From NCBI GenBank assembly GCA_023255955.1, contig JAGDWD010000008.1:128845-192844 (forward strand): a stretch of DNA of 64,000 bases, in the 5' to 3' direction. Made by a program: the position numbers and the translations under genes. The DNA is from Desulfurococcales archaeon (lineage in GTDB: Archaea; Thermoproteota; Thermoprotei_A; Sulfolobales; NBVN01). Positions 27,486-35,057 of the stretch are shown here, piece after piece. Positions within the stretch are counted from its first letter, which is position 1. The number at the start of each line of letters is the position of its first letter. The notes under the pieces were generated by a model. That model was not told the origin of the DNA. It ran no database searches and worked only from the letters and a program-made list of their open reading frames with translations.

Positions 27486-27665
27486 TTACGACCTCACGAT
27501 CTCGGTGTAGCTACAGTAGCCGCAGTGCCATCTGGGGATGGGCTGTTTGTGGTATGCCATTACCCTACCACATCTAGGGCAGACCCTGTTCTTTAGTCTG
27601 ATAACACCCTTTGCTGGATCCACCTCGTAGAGCCTGCTTCTGAATACCTTACCCTCCTTACTCAT
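27486..27665 (-). CDS. rps27ae: Ribosomal protein S27ae (eS31), 59 aa, absent from the ORF track
   Basis: Hand translation gives MSKEGKVFRSRLYEVDPAKGVIRLKNRVCPRCGRVMAYHKQPIPRWHCGYCSYTEIVRS. It has a CxxC...CxxC zinc ribbon. Its ATG overlaps the rps24e TGA (ATGA). Confidence 0.8.
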   Translation of the reverse strand: MSKEGKVFRSRLYEVDPAKGVIRLKNRVCPRCGRVMAYHKQPIPRWHCGYCSYTEIVRS

Positions 27666-27985
27666 CCACCCACCCCATGCCTCTTAAGTATGTGTTCAGA
27701 CTCGAATTTCCTCAATCTCTCAGCGTCCTCATATATGTGGGCATAGACCCTGGAGACACCCATACCGAACTCACTTAAAATCTTCCTCACTACGACAAGC
27801 TCAGGACTCTTAGAGTAGAGGCTGGCTAGAGCTTCAACTAAAACCTTCCTGCTGGGGGTGGACGACCCCTGGTGGGTGACTATTGCCTCCACCTCAAACC
27901 TCTTCACAACACTATTGTACTTCTCACTAACTACCCGCAACTCCCCACCCTCAATCTTAGTAGTCTTCTCAGAGCGACCGCTCAC
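27662..27985 (-). CDS. rps24e: Ribosomal protein S24e
   Basis: It has ...NSVVKRFEVEAIVTHQGSSTPSRKVL...VYAHIYEDAERLRKFE and sits in the conserved S24e-S27ae-kae1 order. Confidence 0.85.
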   Translation of the reverse strand: MSGRSEKTTKIEGGELRVVSEKYNSVVKRFEVEAIVTHQGSSTPSRKVLVEALASLYSKSPELVVVRKILSEFGMGVSRVYAHIYEDAERLRKFESEHILKRHGVGG

Positions 27986-28073
27986 TCTAATCAGCCACCT
28001 ACGTTTGAGGTAATCAACTTAAATATTTTAATATCCTACTGCCTAGGGTGGAGACCGGTCCTTCTATACATAG

Positions 28074-29177
28074 CTATGGGCGGTGCTCAGCAAAGAATCT
28101 CTTGACTAGAGCTGACACTACACGCACATCCTCGTCTCTGAGTCCTGGGTGGAGTGGTAGTGTGAGGACATGCTTAGAGGCTTCCTCAGACTTCGGACAA
28201 CACCCAGGAGACTTCTTCACGTTAGCTAGTGCGGGCTGTCTGTGGAGTGGTATTGGGTAGTGAATAGCTGTCTCCACACCCCTCTCCCTTAGGTAGTTAG
28301 CTAGCTTATCTCTAACCCCCTCACCCTCGACCCACACAGTGAAGAGATTGTAGCTGTGCTTAGCCCAGGGTTTCTCATACGGTAGCCTCAGATGAGTAAC
28401 TCCCTCAAACTCCTCGAAGTATAGCTTAGCTAACCTTCTCCTCCTCTCTATCATCTCGTCAAGCCTTCTCAGCTGTGACAAACCTAAAGCTGCCTGAACA
28501 TCCGTCATCCTCATGTTCCACCCCAACATAACGTGGTAGTACCTACTCCTCTGTCCGTGGTTCCTAGCTAGCCTCACATACTCAGCTACGTCGTCTAAGT
28601 TGGTGGTGATAGCCCCGCCCTCACAGGTAGTTATGTTCTTTGTTGGGTAGAAGCTTAGGGCCCCTGCATGACCTATACTGCCTACCTTCACCCCCCTGTA
28701 CTCAGATCCTAGGGCTTGCGCACAGTCCTCTAATATTAGAACGCCCCTTTCCCTAGAAAGAGAAAGTAGCTGGTCCATATCTGCTGGATGACCGTAGAGG
28801 TGGACAGGTACGACGATCTTAGTCCTCTCCGTGAGAACCCTCTCAACATCCCCGACATCGATAGTGTAGGTATCGAGATCTATATCAACCAACACAGGGG
28901 TAGCTCCAGCAAGGGCAGCAGTGGAGGCTGTAGCGAAGAACGTGAAGTCCGGGACCACCACCTCGTCACCAGGTCCGACACCCAGCCCCTTCAGAGAGAG
29001 GTAGAGAGCCGTAGTCCCATTTGATACAGCAACAACATGTTTAACCCCTAAGTACCTAGCAAGTGCTTCCTCAAACTCCTTACCGACGCTTCCGAAGGCA
29101 AGCATCCCTGAACGTAAAACAGAGACGACTGCCTCAATATCCTCCTCAGTTATGTACGGGGAAGATACCCTAATCAT
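28074..29177 (-). CDS. DegT/DnrJ/EryC1/StrS-family PLP aminotransferase (sugar aminotransferase)
   Basis: It matches the family pattern, including SFYPTKNITTCEGG (PLP lysine). Confidence 0.85.
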   Translation of the reverse strand: MIRVSSPYITEEDIEAVVSVLRSGMLAFGSVGKEFEEALARYLGVKHVVAVSNGTTALYLSLKGLGVGPGDEVVVPDFTFFATASTAALAGATPVLVDIDLDTYTIDVGDVERVLTERTKIVVPVHLYGHPADMDQLLSLSRERGVLILEDCAQALGSEYRGVKVGSIGHAGALSFYPTKNITTCEGGAITTNLDDVAEYVRLARNHGQRSRYYHVMLGWNMRMTDVQAALGLSQLRRLDEMIERRRRLAKLYFEEFEGVTHLRLPYEKPWAKHSYNLFTVWVEGEGVRDKLANYLRERGVETAIHYPIPLHRQPALANVKKSPGCCPKSEEASKHVLTLPLHPGLRDEDVRVVSALVKRFFAEHRP

Positions 29178-29280
29178 CTAAAGCCCAGCAATCCTGTGAA
29201 GATAGGGTAAAAAGTACAGCTTCAACTAGAACTAGCGGTGGTGTTAATAACCATAAACCTACATACAGCCGAGGTCCGGC

Positions 29281-30042
29281 CTAGATCATTAAGTCGAATA
29301 AGTCTCCAAGCCTCGGGAACTCTACTACACCTATGTCCGGACCTACCACTACCGGCCTCAAGCTCTCAATAGCTACATCCTCCCTTATTATTGGTGATAG
29401 GTATGTATCTTTAGAGAGTGTTACCTTAGATCCTGTTTGGTAAATACCCACAGCTGGGAGAACCACTACCTTCCTACCCCCCGGGAGTAGGGTGTCCCCC
29501 ACAAGAAAACAGGAGAACTTCCCAACCACCCCTATAGGATCCCTGAGAGCTATGCTGGGGTGTTCATGACCCATAATCAGGTACTGCCAGCTGGACTTCT
29601 TTAGCTCATCCCCGAGTGGTTTATGGCCGTGAACTATGAGGAATGGAGGTAACACAAGGCTATCAACTATCTCGAACTCGAACCACCTCTTCATAAGTGG
29701 GAGGAAATTATCGTGGTTCCCCCGAACAACGACGACCTCAGCAACATGTTTTTTGACGTACCCTAGGAGCTCCATTAACTCCTGCTTCTCAACTCTACCT
29801 AAAGACCCGAAGAGGTGTTTTAAGTCCCCCGCGAACACTACTCTCTCAGCACTAACTGAGCTAAATGCCTCCTCTAAGATCCTCAAGGTGTTCCTAAGCT
29901 GGAATCTCGGTATGTAGCCACCCCTCGAGGTGATCTCCTCTTCGAAGCCTATGTGTGTGTCGGCTAGTATGATGGCTCTGTGTTCGCTAATGTAGGCTAC
30001 TGGGAGCTCCCCAACGATCTTAAGTCCTTCTACTAGCTCCAG
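29281..30042 (-). CDS. SbcD/Mre11-related metallophosphoesterase; probable CTG start
   Basis: The downstream motifs are GDLKH, RGNHDN and GHEHP. Motif I (AIILADTHIG) lies upstream of the first canonical start (TTG, 29886). The frame is open to a CTG at 30040-30042, which sits 1 codon after an in-frame TGA. Confidence 0.7.
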   Translation of the reverse strand: MELVEGLKIVGELPVAYISEHRAIILADTHIGFEEEITSRGGYIPRFQLRNTLRILEEAFSSVSAERVVFAGDLKHLFGSLGRVEKQELMELLGYVKKHVAEVVVVRGNHDNFLPLMKRWFEFEIVDSLVLPPFLIVHGHKPLGDELKKSSWQYLIMGHEHPSIALRDPIGVVGKFSCFLVGDTLLPGGRKVVVLPAVGIYQTGSKVTLSKDTYLSPIIREDVAIESLRPVVVGPDIGVVEFPRLGDLFDLMI

Positions 30043-30145
30043 TTTTCACACTCCACTGTGGTCTCCCTTAAGGATCTTTTAAGCGTCTGTTAGAATCTCT
30101 TTCAACTATCTTAGCGGCCTTGATGAAGCTGGGGAGTTTCCTCCC

Positions 30146-30164
30146 GTTTATAAGCTTTATAAAC
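30146..30164. promoter_or_regulatory. Palindromic double TATA box (gtttataa-gct-ttataaac)
   Basis: It has 8-bp arms. The right arm lies about 30 nt upstream of the tbp ATG (30193), and the left arm faces the minus-strand phosphoesterase gene. Confidence 0.5.
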
Positions 30165-30192
30165 CTTATTAACCCTCTACAGAGGGGAGGGT

Positions 30193-30786
30193 ATGAGCCA
30201 AGTTACACCACTAATTAAGATAGAAAACATCGTAGCTACAGTAACCCTGGATCAGACTCTCGATCTAGGTGCTATAGCTAGGTCTATTCCTAACGTGGAG
30301 TACGACCCGGAGGAGTTCCCCGGTCTCGTATTGAGACTCGATAACCCTAAGCTCACAGCTCTAGTCTTTGGGACAGGTAAGATGGTTATCACAGGCGCTA
30401 AGAGGACTGACATGCTGATAAAGGGCTTCAAGAGGATACTGAGGCTCTTCTACAAACACGGAATTATAGTGACAGGTAAGCCCAGAATCCAGATACAGAA
30501 CGTTGTGGCCTCAGCCAACCTAAACGCTGAGGTGAACCTGGAGATAGCTGCTGAATACTTAGATAACGTCATGTACGAGCCTGAGCAGTTCCCCGGGTTA
30601 ATACATAAGATGGACCACCCCAGGGTCGTACTCCTCATATTCAGTAGCGGTAAGATGGTGATCACCGGAGCTAAGAGTGAGGAGGAGGTTGTCCTAGCTG
30701 TTCAGACTATACACAAGGAGCTAGCTAGGATAGGAGCTTTAAGGGGGATATCGGAGGAGGAAATCTCAGCTGAGGAGATATTGTAG
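30193..30786 (+). CDS. tbp: TATA-box binding protein
   Basis: It has two direct repeats ([11 protein letters not shown]... / [11 protein letters not shown]...) and an acidic C-terminal tail. Confidence 0.95.
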   Translation: MSQVTPLIKIENIVATVTLDQTLDLGAIARSIPNVEYDPEEFPGLVLRLDNPKLTALVFGTGKMVITGAKRTDMLIKGFKRILRLFYKHGIIVTGKPRIQIQNVVASANLNAEVNLEIAAEYLDNVMYEPEQFPGLIHKMDHPRVVLLIFSSGKMVITGAKSEEEVVLAVQTIHKELARIGALRGISEEEISAEEIL

Positions 30787-30848
30787 GGTACTGAACCAGT
30801 CCTCCACGTAGGAAGTATTTGAGGACTGCCATACCTCGGGTGAGGCTA

Positions 30849-31439
30849 CTAACCGGTTTTTCTTAGCTTACTCAGTAGGGCATCGCTTCTAGATAGGGAT
30901 GAAGCCACTATGTCGGAGACTCTTAGAGGTTCCGGTATAGGGGACACTAGCTGCAGGTGTGATACTAAAGCCCCAGGATCTGGTTCCGCAGCACCGAATA
31001 CTGCTATCCTCATAGTCCTCCACTTAGTCTCCAATAGCTTAGACCTCCTATAGGCTCTCAGAACTACCTCATACCTATGTTCCCAGTCGGGGAAGTGTCC
31101 TCTCAGGGCGTTCTCGATCTTGTTGAGGTCAGGCTCGAACTTATATACTACTATTACGGTCCTAGCTAGACCCAGCAATCCCTCGGGATCTATGTAGTTA
31201 AACCCTGCTACCGTTACCCCGTCTAGGAAGACTACGTCAGCCCCCGCTAGCTTTCTAAGTATCTCCAATGCCCTCTCCGTCCCGTCGTCACCATCTACTG
31301 TGACGGTCCCTACTTTAATGTCTCTAGGTGTCCTACCCTGATACAGTGTACCTACTAGGAATGTCCTCAGCTTAAGCTCCTTGTAGTGGGGAGGAAAGAA
31401 ACCGTCATCGATCCCTACTGACCTTAAATAGCTTAACAT
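30849..31439 (-). CDS. DUF99/UPF0215 family protein
   Basis: It has the N-terminal motif SVGIDDGFF typical of DUF99. I chose the ATG at 31439; the track GTG at 31463 is also possible. It overlaps the orc1/cdc6 3' end. Confidence 0.65.
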   Translation of the reverse strand: MLSYLRSVGIDDGFFPPHYKELKLRTFLVGTLYQGRTPRDIKVGTVTVDGDDGTERALEILRKLAGADVVFLDGVTVAGFNYIDPEGLLGLARTVIVVYKFEPDLNKIENALRGHFPDWEHRYEVVLRAYRRSKLLETKWRTMRIAVFGAAEPDPGALVSHLQLVSPIPEPLRVSDIVASSLSRSDALLSKLRKTG

Positions 31440-32625
31440 ACTCTCCAATCCTTGTATCCGCACTTAAAACCTTAAGAACTGCGTCGGGGTCCATCGCCAG
31501 ACCTACCTCCTTGGTTTTCCCATGCCTACCCCTATTCACTACCCGGGCTGTGAGGACGCCCAGCATATCGAGCTCGTTCACTATGTCGCTAATCCTCCTC
31601 TGGGTTAGGGGTTCTAGACCCAGTACCTCACAGATCTTCCTGTATGTTAGGTAGAGGCTTCCAGTACTCTCAGCGAAGCCTCCTCCAATAGCTAGAGCTA
31701 GTAGAACTAGCTTACTGTGGTACGGTAAGGTCCTGACAACCTCCATTGCTGCGTTAAGCTCCAGCTCCTCCTTAGCCCTCCTAACGTGCTGTATCCCGAC
31801 CATCGAAGCACCCTCACGCTCAGCTATCTCACCAGCAAGCCTCAGCAGGTCTAGAGCCCGCCTAGCATCGCCATGCTCCTTAGCAGCTATTGAGGCGCAA
31901 TACTCTATGACTCCTTCCTCCAGGACACCCTCCTTAAAGGCTATCGAAGCCCTCTCCCTGAGGATATCGGCTAACTGGACCGCGTCGTATGGTGGGAACA
32001 CTATCTCCACCTCCCCCAGGCTAGACCTAACCCTAGGGTCCAGCGTCTCCACGAAGTGGACGTCGTTCGTTATACCGATAATACTGACCTTACTCTTAGA
32101 GAGCTCGTCGTTCATCCTGGTAAGCCTGTAGAGAAGATCGTCACCTACCTTCCTAACGAGGAAGTCTACCTCGTCAAGCACTATTGTCACCGCAACTTTC
32201 CTCGAATCTATGTACTCCCTCAGCCTATTGTGGAGCTCAGCTACCGATAGACCTGTAAACGGGATCTTAGCACCTAGGTCGGAGCCTAGCTTGAAGAGTA
32301 CTCTGTAGTTAGTGTCCTCATTACGGCAGTTAACGTAGGAGAACATGAAGGAGTCGACCCCGTGTTTCTCTGCGTACTCCCTGAACCTACTTATCACGTA
32401 CTTAACCGCAGCAGTCTTACCGGTACCGGTTAACCCGTAGATGAGTATGTTGTTGGGTTTCTCCCCTCTGAGGAGGGGTGATAGGAGCTCAGCAATCCTC
32501 CTTATATACTCCTCCCTATGGGGTAGCCTACTCGGGATGTACTCACTGAGTAGGGCCTCCCGGTTCTTGAATATCCTGCTCTCCCCGATAGCCCTCCTGA
32601 TGACCTCGCTTACCACATCCTCCAC
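31405..32625 (-). CDS. cdc6: Orc1/Cdc6 replication initiator
   Basis: It has Walker A GLTGTGKT, Walker B IVLDEVD, sensor regions and a C-terminal winged helix. Confidence 0.95.
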   Translation of the reverse strand: MEDVVSEVIRRAIGESRIFKNREALLSEYIPSRLPHREEYIRRIAELLSPLLRGEKPNNILIYGLTGTGKTAAVKYVISRFREYAEKHGVDSFMFSYVNCRNEDTNYRVLFKLGSDLGAKIPFTGLSVAELHNRLREYIDSRKVAVTIVLDEVDFLVRKVGDDLLYRLTRMNDELSKSKVSIIGITNDVHFVETLDPRVRSSLGEVEIVFPPYDAVQLADILRERASIAFKEGVLEEGVIEYCASIAAKEHGDARRALDLLRLAGEIAEREGASMVGIQHVRRAKEELELNAAMEVVRTLPYHSKLVLLALAIGGGFAESTGSLYLTYRKICEVLGLEPLTQRRISDIVNELDMLGVLTARVVNRGRHGKTKEVGLAMDPDAVLKVLSADTRIGEYVKLFKVSRDR

Positions 32626-32696
32626 TAGAGCCAGCCCCCTACTTCTTAGTCTAGACGATACTAAAGTACTGTGAGCTTTAAATGAGCATGATCTTT

Positions 32697-33110
32697 AGGC
32701 CGGGGTCCCGCGGTTCAGCTACTTAACCCTACTTAACGATACTAATTTAGATAGCTCTGAGATATGGTGGGCTGTTCTGTTTTTGATTGGTTGTTGCTGT
32801 GTTCTGGGGTTATATGTTAGACTTATTAGCTTCATTCCTATGAGTAGCTTGGACACCCTGCTGAGTGATGGGAGCAACGCTCCGAGCTCTGCGGGGTTAA
32901 ACGTAGATGGGAGCCCCGTGCCGTTGAGCTCGACAGCCACCCATGACCCGCAGGGGTAGGGAAAACCCCTGCGAGCGAGGTGGAAGTCCCTAGATGCAAT
33001 GAACAAACATGAACCCACATCAACGAGCACCTAGGGACAAACGGAGCTGGAAACAGGTGATGTAACTTACAAGGGATGATAGGTGATTTATGAACCCGCG
33101 GCTGACCTAG
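32697..33110 (+). ncRNA. Candidate large structured RNA (unclassified), closed by a long-range helix
   Basis: The long-range pairing is 32704-32717 (GGUC CCGCGG UUCA) with 33091-33107 (UGAA c CCGCGG cu GACC). Nested helices are 32717-23/32843-49 and 32724-29/32807-12. Local hairpins are at 32884-32931, 32949-32973 (9 bp) and 32986-33038 (8 bp). There is no credible ORF. The strand assignment is tentative. Confidence 0.4.
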
Positions 33111-33111
33111 G

Positions 33112-33819
33112 TTAGAGCCCCCCACTTAGTACCAGGAAGGACCCGCTCATGTTCGGGGTTCTAACAGCGAGTTTTATTACTTCGTAGACCTCCTCAGGTT
33201 TTACGAACGCCCTGGTCGGGATAGTTCTCAGTACCTTCTCCCGTAACCTCCTACTCGCTCTCGGATTATCGACCCACCCTACTGCGACCCCAACTACCCT
33301 CACTTTAGGGGCTAGCTCCTTCGCTAGGTACTCAACTACGTAGTGGAGGCTTCCTCTAGATGCTACGTAGGGTATTGAAGGTCTTAGTTCGGGGTAGGCT
33401 CTATGCCCTAGGAGTGGCACCATATCTGAGAGCATGACTATCAAGCCCCCATTCATTAGAGTTCCCAGCTTTAGGGCTAGATATGTAGGTGCTACTAGGT
33501 TAACCTTCACTAGGTAGTCGAAGAGCTCCTCACCAACCTTATCTGCAGGTGTGTCGTCGTAGTATGATGCTGAGAGAACTACGAGCTCCGGTGTGCCAGC
33601 ACTCACCACCTCCTCAATGAAGTTGTCGAGCCTTCCCTGGCTGAAGTCCCACTTAACTACCTTAACGACAGCGCCCCTCACGGCCGGGTCCTGGAGGAGC
33701 CTGCTCAGAACCTCCTCGGAGCTACGGTAGTGTAGTACGAGTTTATAGTCTCTTGCGAGTTGCTTAGCTAGCTCCCTCCCTAGAACCCCTGTAGCCCCAG
33801 TTAGTAGGGCTAGGCTCAC
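33112..33819 (-). CDS. Short-chain dehydrogenase/reductase (SDR) family protein
   Basis: It has the N-terminal Rossmann motif TGATGVLG and a length of 235 aa. Confidence 0.75.
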   Translation of the reverse strand: MSLALLTGATGVLGRELAKQLARDYKLVLHYRSSEEVLSRLLQDPAVRGAVVKVVKWDFSQGRLDNFIEEVVSAGTPELVVLSASYYDDTPADKVGEELFDYLVKVNLVAPTYLALKLGTLMNGGLIVMLSDMVPLLGHRAYPELRPSIPYVASRGSLHYVVEYLAKELAPKVRVVGVAVGWVDNPRASRRLREKVLRTIPTRAFVKPEEVYEVIKLAVRTPNMSGSFLVLSGGL

Positions 33820-34715
33820 CCACCGCCACCGATATCGATATAGTAAAGTAGTAGGAGTGCGTAGAGAGGTGCTGTTAGCGGGTCTGTCCTAACCCTCACC
33901 TCAACTACCTTACCACCCCTCTCAGCTATCTTAGTAAGGTAGTACCTCACAGTATACACCTCCACATCCGTCGTGAACAGCAGCACCTTCCTAGCGAACC
34001 TATCGACGTAGAGGTGAGCTGAGGATATGTCAGCCATGATCGCCAGGCTCTTCCCGTAGCCTAGTGAGACCATCTCCGCTACCGGCTCCATGGTCGGGGT
34101 GTAGGTAACTATGTGGGGCTCTAGGAACACTCCTCTAATAGCCTTCAGTTCCTCACTATACATCTCCACAAGCTCGTCAGCTACCTGAGCTAGGGACAGG
34201 CACTCACCAGCCACTCTATCAGCCCTCCTCCGAAGCTCGCTCCTAGCTACCTTGGAGACGGAGTAAGCTAGTGAGGCAAGTAGCTTGAGGAGACCCATCC
34301 TACCGAGCTGAACCTCCGCCAGCTCCACACTACCGAACCTCGCCTTCATAGACTCCGGTAAGGGCTCTGTTACTAGAGCGACCCGGTGTCCTGTGAGGAC
34401 TAGCTGGTCTAGGAGTAGGTAGAGATCGCTCAACCCTCCCGGAGTAGCTATCAGGAGGATGTCCAGCTCCCTACCCTCGTTGTAGGGAGCCACATAATAC
34501 ATAAGCTCGTGAGGCTGGACATAGAAAGCGTTAATACCTGATAAGGAGTTCACAAGGTGTGCTAGATACTTACCGGCACTCCTAAAAACACCCACGGAAC
34601 TCACGATAATACTCCTCCCACCCTCAGAAAACCTCCGGACAACACCTAGCACTGACTCAACATCAGGTAACAGCCTAAGCTCCCCCTCCACCAGCTTACT
34701 CCAGCTACTCATCAC
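33816..34715 (-). CDS. Hypothetical protein, possibly SIS-like double domain
   Basis: This is a 299-aa clean ORF with a 4-nt overlap with the SDR gene. The family assignment is weak. Confidence 0.4.
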   Translation of the reverse strand: MMSSWSKLVEGELRLLPDVESVLGVVRRFSEGGRSIIVSSVGVFRSAGKYLAHLVNSLSGINAFYVQPHELMYYVAPYNEGRELDILLIATPGGLSDLYLLLDQLVLTGHRVALVTEPLPESMKARFGSVELAEVQLGRMGLLKLLASLAYSVSKVARSELRRRADRVAGECLSLAQVADELVEMYSEELKAIRGVFLEPHIVTYTPTMEPVAEMVSLGYGKSLAIMADISSAHLYVDRFARKVLLFTTDVEVYTVRYYLTKIAERGGKVVEVRVRTDPLTAPLYALLLLYYIDIGGGG

Positions 34716-34833
34716 TCACTCCACTATCTTGAAGACGACTAGGTAATTTACTTAGCTTTGAAGACCTAGTCAGAGGGCTGAGCAATGATTAACACTTAAG
34801 CTTATTATTTTGTTTTATTTATGTTTTCTGTGG

Positions 34834-34921
34834 GCGGGGGTGCCCGAGCCAGGTCAAAGGGGTCGGGCTGAGGCCCCGATGGCGTAGGCCTGCGTGGGTT
34901 CAAATCCCACCCCCCGCACCA
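34834..34921 (+). tRNA. tRNA-Leu (anticodon GAG), class II long variable arm, CCA encoded
   Basis: The acceptor pairs GCGGGGG/CCCCCGC. The anticodon arm is UCGGG-CUGAGGC-CCCGA. The T arm is GUGGG-UUCAAAU-CCCAC. The discriminator is A followed by CCA. There is no intron. Confidence 0.9.
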
Positions 34922-35057
34922 TATCTAGACCTTAACTACAGACCTTAACTACTACTCTGACTACCTCTACCCCGGACTGTCTTAGGATTTAGTTCTCTAT
35001 TTGGGGAGCTAACTATTAGGTGCTTAAAGACCCTCATAGAAGCAGTAACTTGGTGCT

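Noticed and set aside
32697-33110. Calling the structured element RNase P RNA or SRP RNA.
   Set aside because: Motif resemblances exist (CR-like strings in order, GGGAGCAAC). However, the GGAAGUCCC string pairs locally (32986-93 with 33031-38) instead of forming P4. The 5' CR-I-like string lacks the invariant adenosines, no P1-P3 region is evident, and no SRP helix-8 GNRA loop with a complementary stem could be drawn. A covariance-model search is needed, so I left it unclassified.
32719-33125. Two overlapping minus-strand ORFs (32719..33030, 103 aa; 32838..33125, 95 aa) in the orc1-SDR spacer.
   Set aside because: They overlap each other in different frames and lie antisense to a region full of stable hairpins and a long-range helix. 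Their translations are low-complexity with no family resemblance. The structured-RNA or origin interpretation explains the sequence better.
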